Source: an uncultured Chroococcidiopsis sp. (lineage in GTDB: Bacteria; Cyanobacteriota; Cyanobacteriia; Cyanobacteriales; Chroococcidiopsidaceae). Taken from it: a stretch of 28,451 nt of DNA. The stretch lies in the NCBI GenBank assembly GCA_964248365.1, contig CAXTYC010000007.1:1-28451 (forward strand), in the 5' to 3' direction. Positions 18,512-27,099 of the stretch are shown here, piece by piece (the stretch's first letter is position 1; each line of letters begins with the position of its first letter). Position numbers and translations under genes: made by a program. The notes below the pieces were generated by a model that saw nothing but the letters and a program-made list of their open reading frames with translations, was not told the DNA's origin and made no database searches.

Positions 18512-19666
18512 CTAAGATTGAGCAAACACGCGAGCAGCAGCAGCCGCGCCTGCACCTGGAGTAAAACCCTCATACCCCAGTTCTCGCAAGGCTACTTCTA
18601 AAGAAGCGATCGCACTGAGAATATCACGATCACTGACAAAGCCTAAATGCCCAATGCGAAAGATCTTACCCTTGAGGTGATCTTGTCCACCAGCTAAGGC
18701 AATGTCAAATTTCTTTTTCAAAATTGCCCTAATCTGTTCAGCTTCTACTCTTTCTGGTGCTACCGCAGTGATAGCAGGGCTAGCACAACTATCGGCGGCA
18801 AACAAAGGTAAATTCAACCCTTTTATACCTTCACGAGTAGCATTCATTAAGCGCTGATGACGAGCAAAGAGTGCTTCTAAACCTTCCTGTTTCATCATTT
18901 GCAAAGTGGTATGCAGTGCCACCATCAAATTTACAGGCGGTGTAAAAGGAGTAGTATTTTTAGCAGTTGCTTTGCGGTATTTACCTAAATCTAGGTAATA
19001 CTTTGGCAATTTTGCCGTTTTGTAAGCTTCCCAAGCTTTAGGGCTAACAGCAACAAATCCCAATCCTGGGGGAATCATGTAACCCTTTTGTGAACCAGAA
19101 GCAACCACATCTAAGCCCAAAGTATCCATTGGGATATTGACTGCACCTAAACTAGTCACGGTATCAACAATAATTAGAGCTTCACCGTGTTCCTTAACAT
19201 GGCGATTGATAGCTTCCAGGTCATTGAGTACACCCGTTGAGGTTTCGCTATGGGTGATGATGACAGCTTTGATTTGCTTTTCGGTATCAGATTGCAGTTT
19301 TTCGGCAAACAGATTCGGATCGAGAGGCTGTCCCCACTCGGCTGTAATTTTTTCGACTTGGAGACTATAAGCTTCGGCAACTTCTGCCCAGCGATCGCCA
19401 AACTTGCCATTACATCCCACCAAGACGCGATCGCCTGGACTGAGGAAATTAATCATTCCCGCTTCCACAGCACCAGTACCACTGGTAGTCAGCATCAGTA
19501 CGTCACTTTCGGTTTGGTGCAGCCATTTCAAGTTAGCTGTCACCTCTCCCATTAGATTGCTAAATTCACTAGTGCGGTGTCCAATTGGATGCTTGGCTAG
19601 AGCGAGTAAAGCTGCTTCCGGTACAGGGGTGGGACCGGGAATCATCAGCATCAACTTGTCGTCCAT
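18512..19666 (-). CDS. Class V PLP-dependent aminotransferase (alanine/serine-glyoxylate aminotransferase family)
   Basis: LMIPGPTPVP, SGTGAVE, HSETSTGV, VDTVTS, SGSQKG (PLP lysine), FRIGHLG. Confidence 0.93.
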   Translation of the reverse strand: MDDKLMLMIPGPTPVPEAALLALAKHPIGHRTSEFSNLMGEVTANLKWLHQTESDVLMLTTSGTGAVEAGMINFLSPGDRVLVGCNGKFGDRWAEVAEAYSLQVEKITAEWGQPLDPNLFAEKLQSDTEKQIKAVIITHSETSTGVLNDLEAINRHVKEHGEALIIVDTVTSLGAVNIPMDTLGLDVVASGSQKGYMIPPGLGFVAVSPKAWEAYKTAKLPKYYLDLGKYRKATAKNTTPFTPPVNLMVALHTTLQMMKQEGLEALFARHQRLMNATREGIKGLNLPLFAADSCASPAITAVAPERVEAEQIRAILKKKFDIALAGGQDHLKGKIFRIGHLGFVSDRDILSAIASLEVALRELGYEGFTPGAGAAAAARVFAQS

Positions 19667-19977
19667 AAATCTGTCCTACTGTCAATTACGAGTGAAGAGT
19701 CGGGGGCTGCTCCAACAATTGCAGAAATTTTCTATTTTAGCATCTATGGCAACGATCATTCTTAAGATTGATGAAATCAATGCTAAGTTAAGAAAAGTTT
19801 CTCTCTCAAATTTAGCCCCTAGCAGCCTATAGCACTTTGGCTTTTTTTTAGAACTTGGATTTATGATGTAATTTCTCGCTTAGCTGTTAGCTAAGCGCTG
19901 ATCCATAGTTTCTAACTTTTTGGTATCTTAAATACGAGAGCGTGTAAATTGTATTACTACTAGCTAAAAGCTAAAAG

Positions 19978-20247
19978 CTAATCGCTAATCGCTTTTACAT
20001 CTCGAGTGGCTCGTTCAAGAGAATCATGATTGAGCGACCAGCGAAATTCGTATTCTAGTTGAGCTTGCTGACAGGTGGCTTCGATCTGCTTGTGTTGAGC
20101 AGCCGCTTTGCGAAGCGTAATCAACAGTTGATTAACTTGTTCGCGCAGTGCTGGGTTGTTTCTCACCGCCGATATAGTTTGTCGCTCTAAAAGTTGTAAT
20201 ACGGTTTCGTAGTGAATTGGAGACGGTAGGGGAATTGGCTCCATCAT
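19978..20247 (-). CDS. Conserved cyanobacterial protein downstream of trpC (DUF5340-like)
   Basis: MEPIPLPSPIHYE..LQLLERQT...LRKAAAQ...RWSLN pattern recalled for this family. Confidence 0.75.
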   Translation of the reverse strand: MMEPIPLPSPIHYETVLQLLERQTISAVRNNPALREQVNQLLITLRKAAAQHKQIEATCQQAQLEYEFRWSLNHDSLERATRDVKAISD

Positions 20248-20295
20248 TTTGGGTTTTAGATTTTAGATTTTGAATTGCTCTTCCCCAAACGATAG

Positions 20296-21138
20296 TTAAG
20301 AGTTGGGAAAGAGGGAGGCGATCGCCTGTTCTAGGTTTTGCTGTTTCACCAGAGACTCGCCAATAAGCACTGCTTGTGCGCCTGATGCAGCCACTTGGGC
20401 TAAGTCTGCTGGGGTGTGTAGTCCTGACTCACTTACTACAAGGATGCCGCGCTGTTGCAATTGACTTCCTCTTGCAGCTAGTAGTTGACAGGTGGTTTGA
20501 AGGTGAACGGAAAAATTCTCTAGATTACGATTATTTATACCTACTAAAGTAACGCCATCCAAGGCTAACACACGATCGAGTTCTGCCAAGGTATGAACTT
20601 CAATCAAGGCTGTCATCTTGAGGGCGTTGGCAATTTTGACAAAGTATTGTAAATCTTGATTTGAAAGAATTGCTGCAATTAGCAGGATGGCATCTGCACC
20701 TCGGACACGAGCCAGATACATTTGGTAAGGATATATAACAAAATCCTTACACAACAGCGGCAAATCTACCTGTGAGCGAATCTTTTCTAAGTTGTCAAAG
20801 CTACCTTGAAAGAATTTTTCATCGGTTAAAACAGAAATACAACTAGCACCACCTTGCTGGTAAGCGAGGGCGATCGCTAGCGGATCAAAATCTGTTCGCA
20901 GTACTCCTTTACTAGGAGAAGCTTTTTTCACCTCGGCAATCAGTGCTGGTTTTGTCTTACCCTGTCTTAAAGCAGCAACAAAATCACGAGTTGGCGGTGC
21001 TTTAAGAGCTTGCTTCTGTAACTCGGCTAAAGGCGTTTTTTCTCGCAGTTGTTCGACTTGTATTTCTTTGTAGCAGACAATTTGGTCTAAAATATTGTCA
21101 AATGTCCTGATAACTCTTCCGTCAAGTCCAACTTCCAT
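20296..21138 (-). CDS. trpC: Indole-3-glycerol phosphate synthase
   Basis: [58 protein letters not shown]. Confidence 0.96.
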   Translation of the reverse strand: MEVGLDGRVIRTFDNILDQIVCYKEIQVEQLREKTPLAELQKQALKAPPTRDFVAALRQGKTKPALIAEVKKASPSKGVLRTDFDPLAIALAYQQGGASCISVLTDEKFFQGSFDNLEKIRSQVDLPLLCKDFVIYPYQMYLARVRGADAILLIAAILSNQDLQYFVKIANALKMTALIEVHTLAELDRVLALDGVTLVGINNRNLENFSVHLQTTCQLLAARGSQLQQRGILVVSESGLHTPADLAQVAASGAQAVLIGESLVKQQNLEQAIASLFPNS

Positions 21139-21330
21139 TTGTACTCACTTTGTACTTCAACACACTTATTGCTGGTTATTCTCTCTTATACCAGGGTTTG
21201 TATTCTACTTTTCTACTTGCTGCTGTGTGCTACCTTGGCTACCTTTGTAACAACTTAATTACTATAGCAATCCTAATTCATTCGTGGATAATAGCTAGTT
21301 GGTAGTTGGTAGTTGGTAGTTGGTAACTGC

Positions 21331-21678
21331 TCACTTGGCTTCTAACATTCGACTAACTTCTTCTGGTTTCAATGGTCTGGGTTCAATTCTTTGGAAATAT
21401 TCAATATTTTGCAGATGAGTTTGTGCTTCTCTACGGTTGATTAAATTTAGTAAAACAATATCTTCGTAAACTTGCGCTTGGGGAACTTTGATTTCTAAAA
21501 TTATTTCTTGCAGTTGATTTTTTGTCATAGCAAGTTCAAAATATTTCAAAAATGAGTTTCTCCGCTTGGAAGCTACTCTAACTAAATACCAACTCCCCTG
21601 ATTAAACTGCTGTAATTGGGAATCAATATTTTCTGTCTCTGCTTTATCTTTTGAATCATCTGTGTTTAAAACAGGCAT
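21331..21678 (-). CDS. Hypothetical protein resembling a stand-alone NusG N-terminal (NGN) domain
   Basis: WYLVRVASK, ILEIKVP, YEDIVLL and C-terminal PRPLKPEEVSRML parallel NGN motifs; no KOW domain. The CDS is likely real; the fold is inferred. Confidence 0.6.
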   Translation of the reverse strand: MPVLNTDDSKDKAETENIDSQLQQFNQGSWYLVRVASKRRNSFLKYFELAMTKNQLQEIILEIKVPQAQVYEDIVLLNLINRREAQTHLQNIEYFQRIEPRPLKPEEVSRMLEAK

Positions 21679-21808
21679 TTTTTAACCTCTAGAAACATTT
21701 TTTACGTAAAAACTAAAGCATCTGGATTTATCTTTGTTAGTCAACTGATATTTATGCTTGTCTAAGCTACAGGTGCTTGTTTAATATCCCTGTACGGTGT
21801 CAAACTGA

Positions 21809-21922
21809 TATAGCAGTCATATATGATTCTAGTAGGGTGGGCATTGCCCACCATTATCATATTTGGTGGGCATGGGTGGCAGACTGTTCTACTGTTCACC
21901 AATGATGCGCAAAATTGCTATA
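21809..21922. mobile_element. TA-flanked MITE carrying a GTAG-REP palindrome
   Basis: Left TA-TAGCAGTCATATATGATTC; right (reverse complement) TA-TAGCAATTTTGCGCATCATT; internal GTAG-GGTGGGCA-T-TGCCCACC at 21832-21852. Confidence 0.75.
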
Positions 21923-22070
21923 TCACCAACACCAAAGCTAAGTATACCTATCAATTCTTTTTTAGTCATGCATTCCAAAGCAGGTGTTTTAAGGTTATTC
22001 TGTTTTAATAATTCCCATTTCTGTAGAAAAAATCACCAGCTATCTCACAAATGTCACACAAGCGCGTGTA

Positions 22071-22152
22071 ATCAATTGTCAATGGACAATTATCAATTAT
22101 CAATGAGTAAGTAGTAATTGACAATTGACAAGTGATAATTGATAATTGATTA
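22071..22152. repeat. Inverted STRR tracts (ATCAATT)n / (AATTGAY)n downstream of lpdA
   Basis: Direct reading; the two tracts are self-complementary. Confidence 0.8.
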
Positions 22153-22173
22153 CACTTGTTCTATCTGTGATTG

Positions 22174-23604
22174 CTAAACTGCAACTGCTCGTTTATAAGC
22201 TTCATCCAAAACTTCGGAAAGTGTGGGATGAGCATGAACCAGATAAGCGAGTGTATGGACTGATTGACGATTGGCGATCGCAGAGGATGCTTCGTGAATC
22301 AAATCTGAAGCGTGAATTCCAATGATGTGGACTCCCAACACTTCCCCTGTATCCTCACGATAAACCACTTTCGCCATTCCATCGGCTTCGCCTTCTGCCA
22401 GTGCTTTGGAATTCCCCTTAAAGTAACTCCTTACTGTACCGACTTTAAACCCTTCGGCTTGTCCCAATTCCTTGGCAGCTGTTTCTGTCATCCCGACATA
22501 GCTAATTTCTGGATGAGTAAACGCGGCTGCTGGGATACTACGATAATCTATCTGTCGCTCTCGTCCACAGATATTTTCTACTGCTACGATACCCCCAGCC
22601 GAAGCAGCATGAGCTAGCATCATCTTCCCAGTAGCGTCGCCAATTGCCCATAGATTGGGTACTGGTTCACCTGCTGACAGTACAGCCATACTGTCATTGA
22701 CTGTAATAAAGCCGCGTCGATCAATTTCTACTCCCACAGACTCTAAACCTAGATCTTCAGTAGCTGGGATGCGTCCTGTCGCAACTAAGCAAGCGTCTAC
22801 TTCAATTACATTTACATCTTCTTTGGTTTTGAAATTGGCTAGCTCAATTACTACAGGGGTTCCTGGGATAACTTTCTTGGCATATATGCCCACATATGTT
22901 TCAATATCGCGGGGAGTAATTAGCACTCGCTCTGCAAGTTTAGCAATATCTCGGTCAAATCCTGGCATGAGTTGATCCAAGGCTTCAATCATGGTAATTT
23001 CACAGCCCAAAGCCGAGTAAATATCGGAGAATTCTAAGCCGATATAGCCACTACCAATAATTGCCACCCACTGGGGTAACTGTTCTAGCTTGACACCCTG
23101 ATCGCTAGTAAATACAGTTTTGCCGTCTACTTCAATCCCAGGGGGAACAAAAGGCACAGAACCAGGGGCAAGAATGATATCTTTGGCGGTGACAGTTTTC
23201 TTGCCGTTGTCTGTAGCGATTGTTACTTTTTGCTGTCCAACTACTTTACCCCAACCTCGAATGATATCAACTTTCAGGCGTTTAAGGCTGTTGGTCAAGT
23301 CGCCTTGAAGTTTGTTTACTAGGCTGCTTGCGTGGTTAGCGATCGCCTCTCGATCAAACTCTACATTCCCTATTTGAATACCCAGTGTTTTCAAATGATG
23401 GGCATTTCGTAACTCCCGCACTCGTCCTGATGCTGCTAGCAGTGCTTTAGAGGGAATGCAACCACGATTGACACAGGTTCCGCCCATATCAGCTGCTTCA
23501 ATTATCGCTGTTTTCAAGCCACAACTGACGGCGTGTAAGGCAGCCCCATGCCCGCCTACCCCAGCGCCAATAATCACTAAGTCGTAATCAAATTTTTGAC
23601 TCAC
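22174..23604 (-). CDS. lpdA: Dihydrolipoyl dehydrogenase (E3)
   Basis: [47 protein letters not shown] start at 23604. Confidence 0.96.
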   Translation of the reverse strand: MSQKFDYDLVIIGAGVGGHGAALHAVSCGLKTAIIEAADMGGTCVNRGCIPSKALLAASGRVRELRNAHHLKTLGIQIGNVEFDREAIANHASSLVNKLQGDLTNSLKRLKVDIIRGWGKVVGQQKVTIATDNGKKTVTAKDIILAPGSVPFVPPGIEVDGKTVFTSDQGVKLEQLPQWVAIIGSGYIGLEFSDIYSALGCEITMIEALDQLMPGFDRDIAKLAERVLITPRDIETYVGIYAKKVIPGTPVVIELANFKTKEDVNVIEVDACLVATGRIPATEDLGLESVGVEIDRRGFITVNDSMAVLSAGEPVPNLWAIGDATGKMMLAHAASAGGIVAVENICGRERQIDYRSIPAAAFTHPEISYVGMTETAAKELGQAEGFKVGTVRSYFKGNSKALAEGEADGMAKVVYREDTGEVLGVHIIGIHASDLIHEASSAIANRQSVHTLAYLVHAHPTLSEVLDEAYKRAVAV

Positions 23605-24015
23605 TGGAGGTCTCCTGCTGCGCGTTACCCTCCTTATTCTCAACTTGTTGTAGCAATTAGTGCAAGCCCCCTCGGTTTTAAGTTTACCAATGCAGGCTAT
23701 AAAGATATTTCTATAAAAGCAAAATTTTCAGGACTCGCAGTTAGTCCCTCAAGAGAGTTAAAAAAAGGCTACCAGTTTTCTCCTTTGCTCCCTCTTTGTC
23801 GCCCTTGGAAACGGGGAAGCCATAGGAAGCTACGCCATTAGTATTAGGGAATTTAGGGAGGAGCGAGATCCTATTTTTAGTGCGTAACTCCTGATTTTGT
23901 CTTTTTCTGGGTTGTCTGAATCGAGTTGCTTACTTACTTGAGTGATATTGTACTGCAAAAAACGCTGATTTAGTCCAAAAAATTCAATAAATATTAACAA
24001 CTTTCACCCAGCGCT

Positions 24016-25530
24016 TTAACAATGTCGTAGACGAGTCAATAATAATACAATCTCGTCGATCGCTTGCCTTAAAGTTGCCGCTGGTCGCTCGGATTGATTT
24101 ACAATTATGCTAAAAACCAGTGGTTCATAGTTAGGTGAATCAACATACCCAGACAGAGCGACAACCCCACTTACTGTCCCTGTCTTGGCTTGCACAATAC
24201 CCTGGGCTGGTGTGTCACGAAAGCGATTTTCCAGAGTACCACTAACTCCGGCAACAGGTAAAGAAGCTCGATATACAGAAAACAGGGGTGATGAAGCCAT
24301 TGCTCGGAGAGTTTGGGCGATCGCTTCAGGACTGACCAAATTGTGCCGAGATAATCCCGATCCATCCACCAGCACATAGCTCGATGGATCGACTCCCATT
24401 TGGGTTAAACTTGCTCTGACTACGCCCAACCCCATTTGTACAGTTGTATCTGTTGGCGTAGTTAACTTACCTAACCTAGCTCCTAGAACTCGCAGCAAAG
24501 CCTCTGCATAAAGATTGTTACTATTTTGATTTGTCTCTTTCAAAAGCTCTGATAACGGTTGTGATTCTACAACTGCTAATTCATTTAATAGCGAAGAAAG
24601 CGGCTGTTTGTTAATCAAATTTTTGTGTCCAGTACTATTAGCAATTTCACTGATTCCAACCCACACCAAAGCGCGACGAAAGTGCCGTAAAAAATGCTCA
24701 TTGGGATCAACTAGGGCTAAAGATACTGTTTCCGGTTTGCTATCAATATTTAGCTGTCCTGTAATTTTTAGCACAGGGGTTTTTGATTCACGGCTGGCAT
24801 TAACCTCAGTTGATTCAACCTGAAGGGTTGTGATCGATTCATTTTCAATTTGCCATTGCTTTGCTTCTATCGGATCAGACCAGTAAACTTGCAGCTTTTG
24901 ACCCAATTGTTGAGGAAATAGCGTCAACTTGACAGCATTTTGATTCAAAATCAAGCTATTGACAGGTGCGCCATAATCTGCATACACGTCTTCCCATTCC
25001 CAACTAGGGTTAATAGTTGCTCCCCGAAAGTAATCACCGTCAGCAATCAGCTTGCTTACAGTACGAATTCCTCGCTGTCTTAGCTGTTGTGCCAATTGTA
25101 TTAGCTGGGTATCGGTTAAGCTAGGGTCGCCCCTCCCGACAACACGCAAAGCACCATCACGGGTTGCATACACAGAAGTGCGTATTTGAAACCATTCTCC
25201 CAATTGTTGCAATACAGCTGCGGTCGTCAGTAGCTTCGCGTTAGATGCTGGTATAAAATATTTTTGTGCATCGTGACTGTAGAGAGTATTGGCACTCTCC
25301 CTTGTTTGTACCAAAATGCCCCAGCGTTCCCGGATGTACTGGGGACGATTTATAACTGTTTCTATAGCACCATCGAGTTGGGCTGGACAAAGAGCAGTAG
25401 TTATATCTGTTTGAGTTGCATTAGCTGAAGCATTTTTCGGCTCGGCTACTTGTCCTATGTTTAGTTGAGCTAGTAGCAGTACTATCAGTCCAATTGGTTT
25501 AGTAATAGCTTTTTTTAGGGTTGCACTCAT
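24016..25530 (-). CDS. dacB: D-Ala-D-Ala carboxypeptidase/endopeptidase PBP4 (peptidase S13)
   Basis: Signal peptide; PASNAKLLT (SxxK), GRGDPSL, SNNLYAE (SxN), DGSGLSRHN, AKTGT (KTG). Confidence 0.94.
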   Translation of the reverse strand: MSATLKKAITKPIGLIVLLLAQLNIGQVAEPKNASANATQTDITTALCPAQLDGAIETVINRPQYIRERWGILVQTRESANTLYSHDAQKYFIPASNAKLLTTAAVLQQLGEWFQIRTSVYATRDGALRVVGRGDPSLTDTQLIQLAQQLRQRGIRTVSKLIADGDYFRGATINPSWEWEDVYADYGAPVNSLILNQNAVKLTLFPQQLGQKLQVYWSDPIEAKQWQIENESITTLQVESTEVNASRESKTPVLKITGQLNIDSKPETVSLALVDPNEHFLRHFRRALVWVGISEIANSTGHKNLINKQPLSSLLNELAVVESQPLSELLKETNQNSNNLYAEALLRVLGARLGKLTTPTDTTVQMGLGVVRASLTQMGVDPSSYVLVDGSGLSRHNLVSPEAIAQTLRAMASSPLFSVYRASLPVAGVSGTLENRFRDTPAQGIVQAKTGTVSGVVALSGYVDSPNYEPLVFSIIVNQSERPAATLRQAIDEIVLLLTRLRHC

Positions 25531-25783
25531 TCGATTTTGAATTTTAGACTTATCTCACGCGCTCGTCGCCAAGAGTAAAAGTTTAAGAATTTGTAGAGAC
25601 TTGTCATGGTGTGTCTTTACATTCTCTTCACAAGTTGGCATTTCTTTTGGCTTTTGGATTTCCAAATTACCCCAAACCGTCAGCATTTTTTAGATGGTAG
25701 CGTTGTAATATTTACGTATTGTTTTCAGTAGAATTACTGAATTTCTCTAGATAGACGTTTAATAACTATAGTGCCTAGATTTT

Positions 25784-26845
25784 ATGACACAAGATTTTGA
25801 TAAACATTTGGCATCAAAGAAAATTAATAGTCGTGGTAATGGTATGAAATACGTTTTAGTGGCTGTTGTTTGTGCGCTTTCAACCCTTGGGTTGGTTGCT
25901 GGGGGCTTTTTCCTTTATCAACTGTTGGGACAAAAAACAGTGCTTGCTCCCGCTAATAATCAAATTAATGGTAGCAATAGCACTTCAACTAGTTCATCTA
26001 ACTCTCAAGCTTCTTGGGCTAACAACGACTTTCAAACAGGAAGCTTAGTACAGCCAGCTTTGGGAAATAATGCACTGGTAGAGTTAACCGCCGTTAGAAG
26101 AATTCCTCAAGCAGCGGATGAAGTGAGTGTAGAAATGCGAATTGAGCGACTAACAGATAATGTAAATAGTGGTGACGTTATCAGTGTAGGCTCTACAACT
26201 GCCCGTAACCCAATTAATAGTGAAACATATTCAGCTATTGATTCTCTCAATCGCTCATCAGGAAGGGCTTCTTTATTTCAAATGCGGCGCGGTGAACCAG
26301 TAGAAGGCTATGTTGTACTAAATGTACCAGCAGATGTGAAGGCGATCGATATATATATGGATAATACACAGCCATTTAAAAATGTGGCGATCGCAGATGC
26401 AAATACTGTAGCAAATCTTGCCCATAATCCCCCAGCTTCCCCTAGCACCAGTGTCGCCACTCAACCAAGTCAATTTGTGCAAAATGCACTTGGTACTAAA
26501 GCGCAAGTAGAATTGCTTTGGGTCAAGCGGACTAAAGATCCACAATTGGGAACTCGTGATCTAGTAAACGTACAGATGCGTATCCGGCGGATTACTTCAG
26601 AGAAGCTTAGTGGTAGGGACATGATAACTGTCGGCTCTACAACAGCCCGTAATCCTGACACCAGCGAAACTTACAAAGCTGTTGACTTGATGGGGCGCGT
26701 GGCTCAAACAGTTAGTCTTTATTCAATGCGTCCACGTTCTTCTGTCGATGCCTATGTTTGGCTAAGAGTACCCGAAGGAGTTAACACTATAGATATTTTT
26801 ATACCAGAAACAGCAACGTTCAAAAACGTGCCAATTTCCAATTAA
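25784..26845 (+). CDS. Membrane-anchored hypothetical protein with two tandem ~120-aa beta-rich domains
   Basis: One N-terminal TM, Ser/Asn linker, duplicated AL G..A.VEL..V.R...V.V.MRI.R...VGSTTARNP..SETY.A.D...VP..V..IDI...T..FKNV.I. Confidence 0.85.
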   Translation: MTQDFDKHLASKKINSRGNGMKYVLVAVVCALSTLGLVAGGFFLYQLLGQKTVLAPANNQINGSNSTSTSSSNSQASWANNDFQTGSLVQPALGNNALVELTAVRRIPQAADEVSVEMRIERLTDNVNSGDVISVGSTTARNPINSETYSAIDSLNRSSGRASLFQMRRGEPVEGYVVLNVPADVKAIDIYMDNTQPFKNVAIADANTVANLAHNPPASPSTSVATQPSQFVQNALGTKAQVELLWVKRTKDPQLGTRDLVNVQMRIRRITSEKLSGRDMITVGSTTARNPDTSETYKAVDLMGRVAQTVSLYSMRPRSSVDAYVWLRVPEGVNTIDIFIPETATFKNVPISN

Positions 26846-26985
26846 GGCATTTTCAACCATTGGTAACTGGGTGAAATCCAATTTGATCGCTGTCTAACTC
26901 GGTTAGCTATGTAACAAAAATAAAACTTACGCCTCTTCTTTTCTCTAATCAACACCGAGATGTTGCAGTAGCTATTACATTTTAC

Positions 26986-27087
26986 GAACTTACGCAAAAA
27001 ACCCCTGTTACCTTCTTTTAAAAGCAGGTAACAGGGGGATCTAAAATGGCTGAAATACTTGAAATTTCTTTGGGGTTGCGTAAGTTC
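26986..27087. mobile_element. MITE-like element (GAACTTACGCAA inverted ends) with internal strong hairpin
   Basis: 12-bp IRs at 26986-26997 and 27076-27087; hairpin CCCCTGTTACCT/AGGTAACAGGGG at 27002-27037. Confidence 0.65.
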
Positions 27088-27099
27088 TAGAAGTCTAAC

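Noticed and set aside
19944..19957. GTA-N8-TAC possible NtcA site upstream of the aminotransferase
   Set aside because: A six-base match in AT-rich DNA about 280 nt from the start, with no clearly positioned -10 identified; insufficient.
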